A DNA stretch of 64,000 nt from Flavobacteriaceae bacterium (lineage in GTDB: Bacteria > Bacteroidota > Bacteroidia > Flavobacteriales > Flavobacteriaceae), in assembly GCA_027080135.1 (NCBI GenBank), contig JALWUJ010000039.1, positions 4,561-68,560 on the forward strand. Reading direction: 5' to 3'. The position numbers were made by a program, and so were the translations under genes. Shown piece by piece: positions 10,148-20,614 of this stretch; position 1 is the first letter of the stretch, and each line of letters opens with the position of its first letter. The notes beneath the pieces were generated by a model. The model was not told the origin of the DNA. It saw nothing but the letters and a program-made list of their open reading frames with translations, and searched no databases.

Positions 10148-13100
10148 TTATGATTTTAATTGTTTTAATTGTTTTTTAAACTTTTTTTCTTTCCACATAC
10201 TATAAAGTACCGGAACCACAAACATGGTCATTACCTGTAATAACATTCCTCCAAATGAAGGAATTGCCATTGGTATTAAAATATCTGCTCCTTTTCCAGT
10301 AGCTGTTAAAACAGGAATTAAAGCAATTATTGCCACAGCAGCAGTCATCATTGCAGGACGTACTCTTTTTACACCAGCGTGTAATACTGAAGTTCTTATT
10401 CCTTCTAAAGTATCTGGTTTTTCTTCATCAAAAACTTGCATTAAATAAGTTCCCATTATCACTCCATCATCAGTGGCTATTCCAAAGAGAGCAATAAACC
10501 CTACCCAGACGGCGACACTTAAATTAATAGTATGAAGCTGAAAAAGATCCCGCATATGGACATCTGCAAAACTGAAGTTTAAAAACCATCCTTGTCCGTA
10601 TAACCAAATCATAATAAATCCACCAGAAAATGCTACAAATATTCCTGTAAACACCATTAAAGCAGGGGTTAGTTTTTTAAATTGAAAATACAGAATTAAT
10701 AATATTAAAATTAAAGAAATAGGAACAACAATCATTAATCGTTTAGAAGCACGAATTTGATTTTCATAATTTCCAGTAAATCGGTAGGTAACTCCTGCAG
10801 GTAATTGAAACTCTCCGCTATCTAATTTTGCCTTAATTAGTGCTTGTGCTTCTTCCACTACATTGGTTTCAGCATTACCGTCTTTCATATCAAAAATTAC
10901 ATAACCTGTTAAAAAAGTATCTTCACTTTTAATTACTTGAGGTCCTCTAACATATTCAATACTTGCCAACTCTCCCAATTCTACTTGAGGACCAGCTGGT
11001 GTCGGAATTAAAATTTTCTTGATATCGTCTGGATTATCTCTAAATTCTCTTGCATACCGAACACGGACAGGAAAACGCTCACGACCTTCTACCGTGGTGG
11101 TTAGTTGTTTTCCTCCAATAGCAACCGACAATTGTGTTTGCATATCTTTAATGCTTAATCCGTAACGAGACATTGCCTGACGGTTTAACTTAATTTCCAG
11201 ATATGGTTTCCCAACAACTCTATCGGCAAAAACCGTTTGTGGAGCTACACTGGGAACTTCTTTTAAAATATCCTCTAATTCAAAACCAACTTTTTCAATC
11301 ACTTCTAAACTGGGACCAAATACTTTAATTCCCATTGGTGCTCGCATACCAGTTGCCAACATTATTAAACGGGTTTGTATTGGTTGTAATTTTGGTGCTG
11401 AAGTAAGTCCAGGGAATTTAGAGTGTTTTACAATCTCTTTCCAAATATCGTCTGCATTCTTAATTTTTTTACGCCATTGTCTAAAGTATTCTCCATCTTC
11501 ATCTAAGGTTAATTCTTCAAAAGAAACCTTTTTATATTCATCTTCTCCATATTTATAGGTAGTTCCATCTTTAAGAACAAATGCATCCTCATCATTTACT
11601 TTAAAACGAACTCTTCTTCCGTCCTCATCCAATATAAATTCTGGAATATAATTGATGGTATTTTCATACATAGAAGTAGGTGCGGGATCTAAAGCCGAAT
11701 TTACACGTCCCCATTTTCCTACGGAAGTAGCAATTTCAGGAATCGAATTCATATGCTTATTAATGGTTGCAATTACTTCCATATTTTCGGTAATCCCAGA
11801 ATGCGGCATTGTAGTAGGCATTAATAAGAAGGAACCTTCATTTAAAGCAGGCATAAACTCATTCCCCAAACCTGGGAAGGTATCTTCCATTTTTTGCCAA
11901 ACCACATTATTTTTAGAAAACTCGGGCATAAAACCAAATACTTTTGAAAAGCCTAACCATATCGTTACTCCAAAGATTACAATGAAAATTGGTATTGCTA
12001 AAAATTTCCATTTATTATCCAAACACCACATTAATATGGGTTTGTAAAAATGAACGATGGTCATTAATAATCCGAGAACAGCTCCCAAAACAATTAATAC
12101 GAAAATAAAATTAACAAAAGTAGAATTGGAAGCGCCAAGTGGCATCCACTCTATTGTTAAAAAATAAAGCAATACTACTAATGATATAGCAATGTTTATA
12201 TAGTTTGATGTTTTTTTAGTATATGGTAACTTAATTTTTCCGTTTAAAATGCTTCGAGGAGAAACTTGGGTTAAGATGTTGTTTAAACCAAAAGCTATTA
12301 AAGCTATTGCTATAAAACTTCCGTAATAAACTAAAAAAACAATACCAAAACCAACTAATAGCGAACCAAAAATTCTGGCAGTTCGTTTTTTATCTAATCG
12401 TATAGAAAACAATACGTGAGCAATTGCAGGGATAAACATAATCCCTATAAAAAAGGAAGAAATTAATGCAAATGTTTTCGTAAATGCTAAGGGTCTAAAT
12501 AGTTTTCCTTCGGCAGCTTGCATGGCAAATACGGGTAAGAAACTTACTACCGTTGTTGCTAAAGCGGTAATAATTGCCGACGCCACTTCTATTGCTGCAA
12601 CATAAATTATTTCGAGTAATTTCTTTCCTCTTGCTCCTTCATTTTCGGGCATTTCAAGATGTCGGACTATATTTTCGGTAAATACAATTCCTACATCGAC
12701 CATCACACCAATTGCAATAGCAATACCGGAAAGTGCCACAATATTGGCATCTATATGAAAATATTTCATCAAAATAAATGTCATTAATACCCCAATAGGA
12801 AGTAAACTCGAAATTAAAACAGAAGCTCTAAGGTTGAATACTAAAATTAATACTACTAAAATACTTATTAAAATCTCGTGTGATAAAGAGGATTCTAGCG
12901 TTCCTAATGTTTCTTGAATTAATCCTGAACGATCGTAAAAAGGAACAATTGTTATCTTTGAAATGGTTCCGTCTGCCAATGTTTTTGAAGGCAACCCTGG
13001 AGCAACCTCAGCAATTTTTGCTTTTAAATTATGAATTACTTCTTGAGGGTTGGCACCATAACGAGCTACCACCACACCACCAACAGCTTCTACACCACTT

Positions 13101-13987
13101 TTGTCTAATCCACCTCTACGAGTGGAAGGTCCAAATTGAATTTTAGCTACATTTTTCAGAAGAATTGGAACGTTATCTCTTACGGTAACAACACTCTCTT
13201 CAAGATCGGAAAGGCTTTTAATATAGCCTAAACCTCTTACTAAATATTCGGCTTTATTAAACTCTAAGGTTCTAGCTCCAATATCTAGATTACTATTTTT
13301 AACAGCATTCATGATTTGGCTAACATTCACATTATTAGCTTTCATGGCATCTGGATCTATCTCTATTTGGTATTCTTTTAAGAAACCTCCAATGGAAGCT
13401 ACTTCAGAAACACCACTTGTTGCCGTTAAGTAATAACGAACGTAAAAATCCTGAATAGTTCTCAATTCTTGAGGATCCCAACCTCCTGTAGGTTTTCCTG
13501 TTTTAGGATCTCTTCCTTCTAATGTGTACCAATATACTTGACCCAGAGCAGTTGCATCTGGACCCAAAGCGGGTTTAGTCTCATCGGGAACGGTTCCTGG
13601 CGGAAGTGAATTTAACTTCTCTAATATTCGGGTTCTACTCCAATAAAAATCTACATCATCATTAAATATAATGTAGATACTTGAAAGTCCGAAAATAGAG
13701 TTACTACGTATAGTTTTTACACCTGGAATACCTAATAAAGCAGTAGTTAAAGGATAGGTAATTTGATCCTCGATATCTTGAGGTGATTGCCCCATCCATT
13801 CGGTAAAAACAATTTGTTGGTTTTCACCAATATCAGGGATTGCATCTACAGGAACAGGAGCACGTTCTATCATTGAAGTTTCCCAATTAAAGGGAGCAGT
13901 TACATAACCGCCAATGATAAAAGCAAAAAGTAAAATAAATGTTATTAACTTATTTTCAAGGAAATAACGAATAATTTTATTTAACAT
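10148..13987 (-). CDS. cusA: CusA-type Cu/Ag RND efflux permease
   Basis: PVDAIPDIGENQ, ENI, G..KRVRPAMMT and AIPSFGG; multiple TM segments. Confidence 0.92.
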   Translation of the reverse strand: MLNKIIRYFLENKLITFILLFAFIIGGYVTAPFNWETSMIERAPVPVDAIPDIGENQQIVFTEWMGQSPQDIEDQITYPLTTALLGIPGVKTIRSNSIFGLSSIYIIFNDDVDFYWSRTRILEKLNSLPPGTVPDETKPALGPDATALGQVYWYTLEGRDPKTGKPTGGWDPQELRTIQDFYVRYYLTATSGVSEVASIGGFLKEYQIEIDPDAMKANNVNVSQIMNAVKNSNLDIGARTLEFNKAEYLVRGLGYIKSLSDLEESVVTVRDNVPILLKNVAKIQFGPSTRRGGLDKSGVEAVGGVVVARYGANPQEVIHNLKAKIAEVAPGLPSKTLADGTISKITIVPFYDRSGLIQETLGTLESSLSHEILISILVVLILVFNLRASVLISSLLPIGVLMTFILMKYFHIDANIVALSGIAIAIGVMVDVGIVFTENIVRHLEMPENEGARGKKLLEIIYVAAIEVASAIITALATTVVSFLPVFAMQAAEGKLFRPLAFTKTFALISSFFIGIMFIPAIAHVLFSIRLDKKRTARIFGSLLVGFGIVFLVYYGSFIAIALIAFGLNNILTQVSPRSILNGKIKLPYTKKTSNYINIAISLVVLLYFLTIEWMPLGASNSTFVNFIFVLIVLGAVLGLLMTIVHFYKPILMWCLDNKWKFLAIPIFIVIFGVTIWLGFSKVFGFMPEFSKNNVVWQKMEDTFPGLGNEFMPALNEGSFLLMPTTMPHSGITENMEVIATINKHMNSIPEIATSVGKWGRVNSALDPAPTSMYENTINYIPEFILDEDGRRVRFKVNDEDAFVLKDGTTYKYGEDEYKKVSFEELTLDEDGEYFRQWRKKIKNADDIWKEIVKHSKFPGLTSAPKLQPIQTRLIMLATGMRAPMGIKVFGPSLEVIEKVGFELEDILKEVPSVAPQTVFADRVVGKPYLEIKLNRQAMSRYGLSIKDMQTQLSVAIGGKQLTTTVEGRERFPVRVRYAREFRDNPDDIKKILIPTPAGPQVELGELASIEYVRGPQVIKSEDTFLTGYVIFDMKDGNAETNVVEEAQALIKAKLDSGEFQLPAGVTYRFTGNYENQIRASKRLMIVVPISLILILLILYFQFKKLTPALMVFTGIFVAFSGGFIMIWLYGQGWFLNFSFADVHMRDLFQLHTINLSVAVWVGFIALFGIATDDGVIMGTYLMQVFDEEKPDTLEGIRTSVLHAGVKRVRPAMMTAAVAIIALIPVLTATGKGADILIPMAIPSFGGMLLQVMTMFVVPVLYSMWKEKKFKKQLKQLKS

Positions 13988-14123
13988 GGTTTGTTTTTTT
14001 TAATTTGATTTAATTTAGAAAAGAAGTACAAACAGACAATATAATCTCATCAAGAGGTTATTACGTCGTTCATACTTCACTCCTCGTAATGACGAGAGTG
14101 TAGTAAGAATCTAAATTATAAAA

Positions 14124-14537
14124 TCAAATTAAAAATACTTCGTCAAGAAGCTGAATATCTTTGACGAAATTGGGTGGGGAATAATCTAAAAATGAAGTTG
14201 AATTATCTTCGGAAACTTCAAATAGATTGCTATACGTATAAATATAAGAAGCAATAAATACTTGCTGATCGAAAGATAAATTATCAAAAGATGTTTGAAG
14301 GTTTTTTTTTCCTTCAAAAGAAATTTTCTTTTCGCTACAACATTTCTTTTTTAGATTTGGAGTAGTGCAAGAGGAATCATCCATAGATTCCATTCCACAA
14401 CTTTGAGCTTCAGAAAAAACGGCAGTATCCACTAAAACATCTCCACAATAATGCATATCTATGGTAAACGACATCGTAGAAAATAAGACTACGGTTGCCA
14501 TTAAAAGAGATACTATTTTATGTATTGTTTGCTTCAT
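14124..14537 (-). CDS. HYC_CC_PP family small Cys-rich protein (first gene of the cus operon)
   Basis: Hydrophobic N-terminus, HYCG, CC and YSPP. Confidence 0.85.
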   Translation of the reverse strand: MKQTIHKIVSLLMATVVLFSTMSFTIDMHYCGDVLVDTAVFSEAQSCGMESMDDSSCTTPNLKKKCCSEKKISFEGKKNLQTSFDNLSFDQQVFIASYIYTYSNLFEVSEDNSTSFLDYSPPNFVKDIQLLDEVFLI

Positions 14538-14545
14538 TATTGAGG

Positions 14546-14553
14546 CAAAGTTA
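14546..14553 (-). promoter_or_regulatory. Bacteroidota -7 promoter box TAACTTTG for the cus/cop operon
   Basis: Matches TAnnTTTG, 8 nt upstream of the ATG at 14537. Confidence 0.7.
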
Positions 14554-14620
14554 CAAAATTATATATTAAGATATTTTTTTTAACAAAAGTTTTACTTCCG
14601 TATAAATTGAAATGCTTTGT

Positions 14621-15646
14621 TTAATAATATTTTTTCTTCAACCAAAAAGCCACTCTTACCAATAATATTAATGCGGGAACTTCAACTAATGGCCCGATTA
14701 CTCCTGCAAAGGCTTGACCAGAATTTAGTCCAAAAACTGCGATGGCTACAGCGATGGCTAACTCAAAATTATTTCCAGAAGCGGTAAATGAGATAGCAGC
14801 ATTTTTCTTATAATCTGCTCCCAATGCTTTGCTGATAAAAAATCCAATAAAAAACATTACCGTGAAGTAAATTAGTAACGGAATGGCAATAATGATAACA
14901 TCCATAGGAATTTCAACAATCAACTCTCCTTTTAATGAAAACATCACAACAATAGTAAAAAGCAAAGCAATTAAGGTCATTGGTGAAATGGTTGGGATGA
15001 ATTTTTTAGTGTACCAATTTTCTCCTTTTAATTTTACTAAAAGGAGTCGGCTTAAAATTCCCATTAAAAAAGGAATTCCGAGATAAATGGCGACACTTTC
15101 TGCAATGGTTGTAATAGAAATATCTACAATAGCACCTTCAAATCCAAAATATGGAGGTAACACTGTTATAAATAACCAAGCATAAAAACTATAAGCAAAT
15201 ACTTGGAAGATACTGTTTAAGGCAACTAAGCCTGCTCCGTATTCAGCACTTCCTTCGGCTAAATCGTTCCAAACTAAAACCATTGCAATGCATCTTGCCA
15301 AACCAATTAAGATTAATCCAACCATATATTCCGGATAATCTTGCAAAAAGGTTATTGCTAAAAGGAACATTAATATCGGTCCGATAATCCAGTTCAGCAC
15401 TAAAGAAACAGACAATATTTTTACATCTTTAAACACCTTCGGAAGTAAAGCATAATTCACTTTTGCCAATGGCGGATACATCATTAATATCAATCCGATG
15501 GCAATTGGAATATTGGTAGATCCACTACTAAACGAATCGATAAAATTTGGAAAAGAAGGAATAAAATATCCAATCCCCACTCCTATTGCCATTGCTAGGA
15601 AAATCCATAAGGTTAAATAACTGTCTAGGAAACTTAATTTTTTCAT
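14621..15646 (-). CDS. acr3: Acr3 arsenite efflux transporter
   Basis: [23 protein letters not shown] and GPLVEVP. Confidence 0.95.
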   Translation of the reverse strand: MKKLSFLDSYLTLWIFLAMAIGVGIGYFIPSFPNFIDSFSSGSTNIPIAIGLILMMYPPLAKVNYALLPKVFKDVKILSVSLVLNWIIGPILMFLLAITFLQDYPEYMVGLILIGLARCIAMVLVWNDLAEGSAEYGAGLVALNSIFQVFAYSFYAWLFITVLPPYFGFEGAIVDISITTIAESVAIYLGIPFLMGILSRLLLVKLKGENWYTKKFIPTISPMTLIALLFTIVVMFSLKGELIVEIPMDVIIIAIPLLIYFTVMFFIGFFISKALGADYKKNAAISFTASGNNFELAIAVAIAVFGLNSGQAFAGVIGPLVEVPALILLVRVAFWLKKKYY

Positions 15647-15731
15647 TGTGTTTGTATTTTAATTTCGGTACTTCGACAAGCTCAGTGACCGGCATTCATT
15701 GACCACCTCATTCAGTGACCAATCATTTTAA

Positions 15732-16343
15732 CTATTTAATTTTAGAAAAAACATAATACATTTCGGAAGCAATTTGAAGGCTTCGCTCTTTGTATTTTTC
15801 TTTCTGTTGTGCTGTGTTATCAAATTCTTTGGGGTCATCGTAAGTGGTGGCTATTCTTTTTTCGGCTCCTGGAATTAAGGGACAATTTTCGTCGGCGTGT
15901 GAGCAAGTCATTACTGCTGCAAAATTTGATTTCGGATTGAAATCATCATCATAGGTTTTTGAAAATCCGATGATGGGTGTTTCTTCTTCGGAAAAATAAA
16001 TTTGATACTTTGGATTTTTTTCTTCTGAATTGGTTTTAAATACAAAACCCTCTTCTTCCAAAGTTTCTTTTACTGAAGAGAACAAAGCCGTGGCTTCCGT
16101 TCCACCTGAAAAACAATTTACATTTTTTACTTTAAAATTTGCTGCCATTACTTGCGCCCAAATTTGTGCTAAATGACTTCTTCTAGAATTGTGGGTACAA
16201 ATAAAGTTTAAGTTAACTTCTTCTCCACAATCTTCTTTCGATAAAATGTAGTTGATTAAAGGCTGAAGGATTTCCTTTCGCTCCTTAGGAATAGATATAT
16301 TTTCTATTTCAGAAATGGTCTTTTTAATGTTATTAAATAGCAT
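15732..16343 (-). CDS. arsC: LMW phosphatase-fold arsenate reductase
   Basis: FICTHNSRRSH P-loop, VMTC..A..CP, DDP; ars operon context. Confidence 0.75.
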   Translation of the reverse strand: MLFNNIKKTISEIENISIPKERKEILQPLINYILSKEDCGEEVNLNFICTHNSRRSHLAQIWAQVMAANFKVKNVNCFSGGTEATALFSSVKETLEEEGFVFKTNSEEKNPKYQIYFSEEETPIIGFSKTYDDDFNPKSNFAAVMTCSHADENCPLIPGAEKRIATTYDDPKEFDNTAQQKEKYKERSLQIASEMYYVFSKIK

Positions 16344-16356
16344 CTTTCAATAAGTT

Positions 16357-16830
16357 TTAACAACAATTTGAAGCAGGATCGCAACAAGAAACTTCTTTTG
16401 CATCTAAATCTGAAAGCTTTAATTTTTGCATTCCTTCAGGAATACCGCAGTTGTCTTTTGCTAAACAATCGGTTTGTTTGGTCACTAACAGAAAGTTCTT
16501 TCCGTCGAAATCCAACGCGTATTTTCCAATGGTGTCTCCTTGGTATTCTACTTCAATTTCCAAATCTTCTATTCCCAATACTTTTTCTGAAAGCTCTATA
16601 ATCTTCACTAATTTTTCTGGATGCAGTCGATGATCGTAATCGTTGGCATTCCAAAGTTGAAAGTTGACTACTTCTTCAGTTCTTACAACTCCGCCACAAT
16701 CAATAAAATGTTTGGAAATTTTACCAACTTCGGTAACGTGAAAATGATTGGGTACTAATTTGCCATTGGGTAATTGAAAAGCAATGGTTTCTAGGTTGGA
16801 TAAGTGATTTTTTATTTCTGATAGTTTCAT
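16357..16830 (-). CDS. DUF6428-type ars-operon protein with a Cys-rich tail
   Basis: HFHVTEVG, FIDCGG and C-terminal CC....CC. Confidence 0.75.
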   Translation of the reverse strand: MKLSEIKNHLSNLETIAFQLPNGKLVPNHFHVTEVGKISKHFIDCGGVVRTEEVVNFQLWNANDYDHRLHPEKLVKIIELSEKVLGIEDLEIEVEYQGDTIGKYALDFDGKNFLLVTKQTDCLAKDNCGIPEGMQKLKLSDLDAKEVSCCDPASNCC

Positions 16831-16927
16831 ATTTTGGGTTATTTGGATATTGGATTATTTAGTTATTGAGTTATTGAATTTTATAGTACACTTCGATACG
16901 CTTTCCAATGTCAAGCACTCAGTGGAC

Positions 16928-17260
16928 TTAACAACAATCGGCACAAGTTTCTAAGTCTTGGTTTAAAAAAGTGTTCAATATTGTTTTCATTTGAGTCCAA
17001 TTTTCGGAATCGATACAATAACAAACTTTCGTTCCTTCTACACTTCCTTTTATTAAGCCTATGTTTTTTAGTTCTTTTAAATGTTGTGAAATGGTGGGTT
17101 GTGCCAATCCTATTTCCTCTACCAAATCACCACAAACACAAGCATTAATATTAAACAAATGATTTAATATTGCCACTCTTGCTGGGTGTCCTAACACTTT
17201 TGCAATACTTGCTAATTGATTTTGTTCTTCGGTAAAAATTTCAGATTTAGTAATTCCCAT
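16928..17260 (-). CDS. arsR: ArsR family repressor
   Basis: LGHPARV, CVCGDL and QPTISQHLKEL. Confidence 0.95.
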   Translation of the reverse strand: MGITKSEIFTEEQNQLASIAKVLGHPARVAILNHLFNINACVCGDLVEEIGLAQPTISQHLKELKNIGLIKGSVEGTKVCYCIDSENWTQMKTILNTFLNQDLETCADCC

Positions 17261-17276
17261 CTCTCTTTATTGTTAT

Positions 17277-17292
17277 ATTGCAATATTACGAT
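17277..17292. promoter_or_regulatory. Putative ArsR operator
   Basis: Imperfect palindrome attgcaatattacgat just upstream of arsR. Confidence 0.55.
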
Positions 17293-17394
17293 TAATATCC
17301 AATTCCAAACAAAATATTTAACAATTTTTTAAAAGTGATAAATGTCATTTTTTAAGTGTTTGAGAATCAATTATATTTGACTAACTTTTAAAGC

Positions 17395-17811
17395 ATGAAT
17401 GTATTTCAAAAAATAATGTCTCTCTTTTTATCTTCATTGATACTATTTTCAACGACTTCTTTTGTTGTTGATGAGCATTATTGTGGCGAAATGTTAGCAG
17501 ATATTTCTATCACTGGAAGAGCAGCATCTTGTGCTTGTGAGGATTATAAGTCTTCTGAAGAGCATTCAGGTTTCAATTTAGAAAATGATTCTTGTTGTTC
17601 TAACAAAATTACATTTCATGATAATAATGACGAATTAAACAAAGTTTCTTTTGAATTATCATTTGAGAACACCCTATTTTTACATACCTACTTTTATTCA
17701 TATATTAATTTATTCGAGGGATTAGAAAACAACATCGTTCCCTTTAAAAATTATTCTCCTCCCCTCATAGTCACGAATATACATGTGGTTTATGAGTCTT
17801 TCTTAATTTAA
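17395..17811 (+). CDS. Second HYC_CC_PP family protein (first gene of the cytochrome/porin operon)
   Basis: HYCG, CAC, CC and YSPP; TATATTTG box at 17372-17379. Confidence 0.85.
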   Translation: MNVFQKIMSLFLSSLILFSTTSFVVDEHYCGEMLADISITGRAASCACEDYKSSEEHSGFNLENDSCCSNKITFHDNNDELNKVSFELSFENTLFLHTYFYSYINLFEGLENNIVPFKNYSPPLIVTNIHVVYESFLI

Positions 17812-17978
17812 AATAGTTTCTAGGATTTAACATTCCTAAACAGTCTGACGTCTAAAATTTAGTGTTATCCACTTATTTTAACTCTTTATAAATTATTAGA
17901 CACCCTTTCAATTAAACTATTATATTCAAAAAATCAATATGATTCATAAGAGGCATTGAAAACCTTAAATTAAGAAAC

Positions 17979-18383
17979 ATGAAAACTAAACATCAAATAT
18001 TAATCATTGCGTCCTTAGTAGCACTATTCACTATTTCAGTAGCATTTATTTCAAAACCTCAAGACAAGTGGGTAGCACCTGCAAGTGCAGATAAATTAGA
18101 AAATCCTTTTAAAGGTGATGAGGCTGCAACTGCAAAGGGTAAAAAACTTTACAGACAAATGTGTGCCATTTGCCACGGAGTAAAAGGAAAAGGTGATGGT
18201 ATGGCAGGAAGTGCTTTAAATCCAAAACCTGCCAATTTTACAAAAGAAGAAATACAAAGTGAATCTGACGGTGCTCTTTTCTGGAAAATGTCTGAAGGTA
18301 GAGGAAATATGGTTTCGTATAAGGAAACTCTTTCTGAAACTCAAAGATGGCAACTCGTAAATTACATTAGAACACTTAAATAA
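17979..18383 (+). CDS. Periplasmic monoheme cytochrome c
   Basis: N-terminal signal/TM, CAICHG, GDG, distal Met and W.LVNY. Confidence 0.9.
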   Translation: MKTKHQILIIASLVALFTISVAFISKPQDKWVAPASADKLENPFKGDEAATAKGKKLYRQMCAICHGVKGKGDGMAGSALNPKPANFTKEEIQSESDGALFWKMSEGRGNMVSYKETLSETQRWQLVNYIRTLK

Positions 18384-18390
18384 TAACAAG

Positions 18391-19602
18391 ATGAAAAAAA
18401 TAATATTTATCATGCTGTTAATTTTCGTGGGTGGAAATATAATAGCACAAAATGATGAAACTAAAGAAGAAACCAAAAAAATGGTCGATTCTTTAGTAAA
18501 AGAAGCTGTAGCAAAACAAGGCTACAAACCCAGTAAAACACAATTTATGATTCGTGGATACGGACATACAGGTTTTGCTTATACAGATACCAATGGAGAA
18601 ACCGAATCCTCTTTTGATGGTGGTACTTTTGCTCCAATATTCTTATTTAAACACAATGATCGTTTTATGTTTGAATCGGAATTAGAATTTGAGTTGAGTG
18701 ATGGAGAACTGAATATTGGTTTTGAATATGCAGATGCGATGTATGTGATTAATGATTATATGACGGTTAGAGCTGGTAAATTTTTATTACCTTTTGGAAC
18801 CTTTATGGAACGTTTACATCCTTCTTGGATTAATCGTTTTACCAGTAAACCTTTAGGTTTTGGTCACGACGGAATTGCACCAGGATCAGGAGTTGGAGTC
18901 GAATTAAGAGGAGCATTTTACATAGGAAATACCAAATGGAATTATTCGGGTTATGTAACCAACGGTCCTACTTTAAAAGATGGAAGTGAAGAGCCTGAAG
19001 AAGCAGGAATGCTTTCGTTTGAAAACTTAATAGACAATAACAACAGTAAAGCCTTTGGAGGTAGATTAGGGTTTTTCCCACTTTCAGATTCATCTATAGA
19101 AGTTGGAGGATCAATTTATGCAACTGATGGAACTGGCGAGAAAGGTTCAGACTATGAAGATGTAAGTGCGGTACTTTATGCATTCGATTTGAGTTATGTA
19201 AAACAAATTGCTCCTATAAGTGGTATTATTGATGTAAAAGCTCAATACAATCATTCAAATGTAGATAGAGCTACTTATTTTGATCCTGAAGATGGAGATA
19301 CTTATTCTTTTGATAATCAAAGTCAATCCTATTATGTACAACTAAGTTACCGACCAACAATGGCAGGAAATGATTTTGTAAAAAATCTTGAATTGGTTGG
19401 GAGATACTCCGAATTAACCACTCCTGAAGGAGCCGAATGGGAATCACAATCATCACAATACTCAGTTGGTTTAAACTATTGGTTAAGCTGGCGTTCTGTA
19501 ATAAAAATAAGCTACGAATCTACGGAAGCTGAGGGCGGACACGGTGGTCCAGGTATCACAAACATAGACACTTTCTCTATTCATTGGGCAATTGGATTTT
19601 AG
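18391..19602 (+). CDS. Outer-membrane beta-barrel/porin-like protein
   Basis: Signal peptide, alternating beta-strand pattern, VRAGKF.LPFG and C-terminal Phe. Confidence 0.75.
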   Translation: MKKIIFIMLLIFVGGNIIAQNDETKEETKKMVDSLVKEAVAKQGYKPSKTQFMIRGYGHTGFAYTDTNGETESSFDGGTFAPIFLFKHNDRFMFESELEFELSDGELNIGFEYADAMYVINDYMTVRAGKFLLPFGTFMERLHPSWINRFTSKPLGFGHDGIAPGSGVGVELRGAFYIGNTKWNYSGYVTNGPTLKDGSEEPEEAGMLSFENLIDNNNSKAFGGRLGFFPLSDSSIEVGGSIYATDGTGEKGSDYEDVSAVLYAFDLSYVKQIAPISGIIDVKAQYNHSNVDRATYFDPEDGDTYSFDNQSQSYYVQLSYRPTMAGNDFVKNLELVGRYSELTTPEGAEWESQSSQYSVGLNYWLSWRSVIKISYESTEAEGGHGGPGITNIDTFSIHWAIGF

Positions 19603-19622
19603 TAATTTAAAATATACATATT

Positions 19623-19919
19623 ATGAAAACATATAAAATAATATCAATCATCGGAATTTTTGCTATCATTGCTATAGCAACTATTTCATGTAGTTCTACA
19701 GATGGAGCTTATAAAAATATAGATCCCGAAAGTACTGTGGCATTAAAATCAGGTGCTCAATTATGGGGAGAAAATTGTGTAAGATGTCACATTACACCTG
19801 CTCCTTCAAGTTATAATAGTACCGATTGGGAAACCATAGGATTGCATATGAAGATAAGAGCAAATTTAACAGCTATTGAAGCTGAAAAGATTTTTGAATT
19901 TCTGAAGTCTGCAAATTAA
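19623..19919 (+). CDS. Small monoheme cytochrome c lipoprotein
   Basis: Lipobox-like TISC, CVRCH, W..I..HM..RA. Confidence 0.8.
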   Translation: MKTYKIISIIGIFAIIAIATISCSSTDGAYKNIDPESTVALKSGAQLWGENCVRCHITPAPSSYNSTDWETIGLHMKIRANLTAIEAEKIFEFLKSAN

Positions 19920-19958
19920 TATTTTCATGTTAAGGTGAAAACTCTTTATAGAGTTTAG

Positions 19959-19991
19959 CTACTCTGGAATATGAATTCCAGAGTAGTTTTT
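19959..19991 (+). terminator. Intrinsic terminator of the cytochrome/porin operon
   Basis: Perfect 12-bp stem ctactctggaat-atga-attccagagtag followed by a T run. Confidence 0.75.
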
Positions 19992-20004
19992 AATTTTATG
20001 ATAT

Positions 20005-20586
20005 ATGATACTAAGAGAAAGTTTATTTTTAAAGAACATGTTCAGTAACAACTGTATAAAACTTATTGAATATGTTTTAGGCGATAAAGAAGGTGTTTCT
20101 GTTATTTCTTTAGAATTAGGATTATTAACAATCGAGTATGACAATACTATTGTAAGTAAAAACCAAATTGCTAAATGGTTAGACGATTTAGGCTTTGGTA
20201 TAATAATAGACCCCAACACAGAAATCGTTGAAAAAACAAAATTAGCAGCTTTCGATCTTATTTTTAAATCGTTAAACACCAATTCACTTCTACGAAATTC
20301 AGACTATATTAGTGAAATATTACAGCTCCCTTACGATAAAATTAGTAGGGTTTTTTCTCAAGTTACCGGAATGAAATTAGAGAAATACATCATTCTTCTC
20401 AAGATTGAAAAAGTAAAAGAACTTTTATTGGAAAACGAATATAGCTTAAGTGAAATCGCCTTTATGATGGATTATAGCAGTGTTCAATATTTTAGTAATC
20501 AGTTTAAAAAAACAGTAGGAGTTACTATTACACAATACAAAGAAGCTCCTCAAAAATATAGAGTTTCTATAGATAGTTTTGTCTAG
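20005..20586 (+). CDS. AraC family regulator with an HMA-like N-terminal domain
   Basis: KNMFSNNC N-terminus; C-terminal SRVFS..TG..EKY, LSEIAF.MDYSS..FSNQFKK. Confidence 0.88.
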   Translation: MILRESLFLKNMFSNNCIKLIEYVLGDKEGVSVISLELGLLTIEYDNTIVSKNQIAKWLDDLGFGIIIDPNTEIVEKTKLAAFDLIFKSLNTNSLLRNSDYISEILQLPYDKISRVFSQVTGMKLEKYIILLKIEKVKELLLENEYSLSEIAFMMDYSSVQYFSNQFKKTVGVTITQYKEAPQKYRVSIDSFV

Positions 20587-20614
20587 CAATTTATTTTAAA
20601 CAAACTTCTATTTC

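Noticed and set aside
16831-16880. Degenerate 8-mer tandem (ttattgga-like), and 7-mer tandem near 53111-53160
   Set aside because: Low-complexity intergenic repeats with no function I can support from the sequence.
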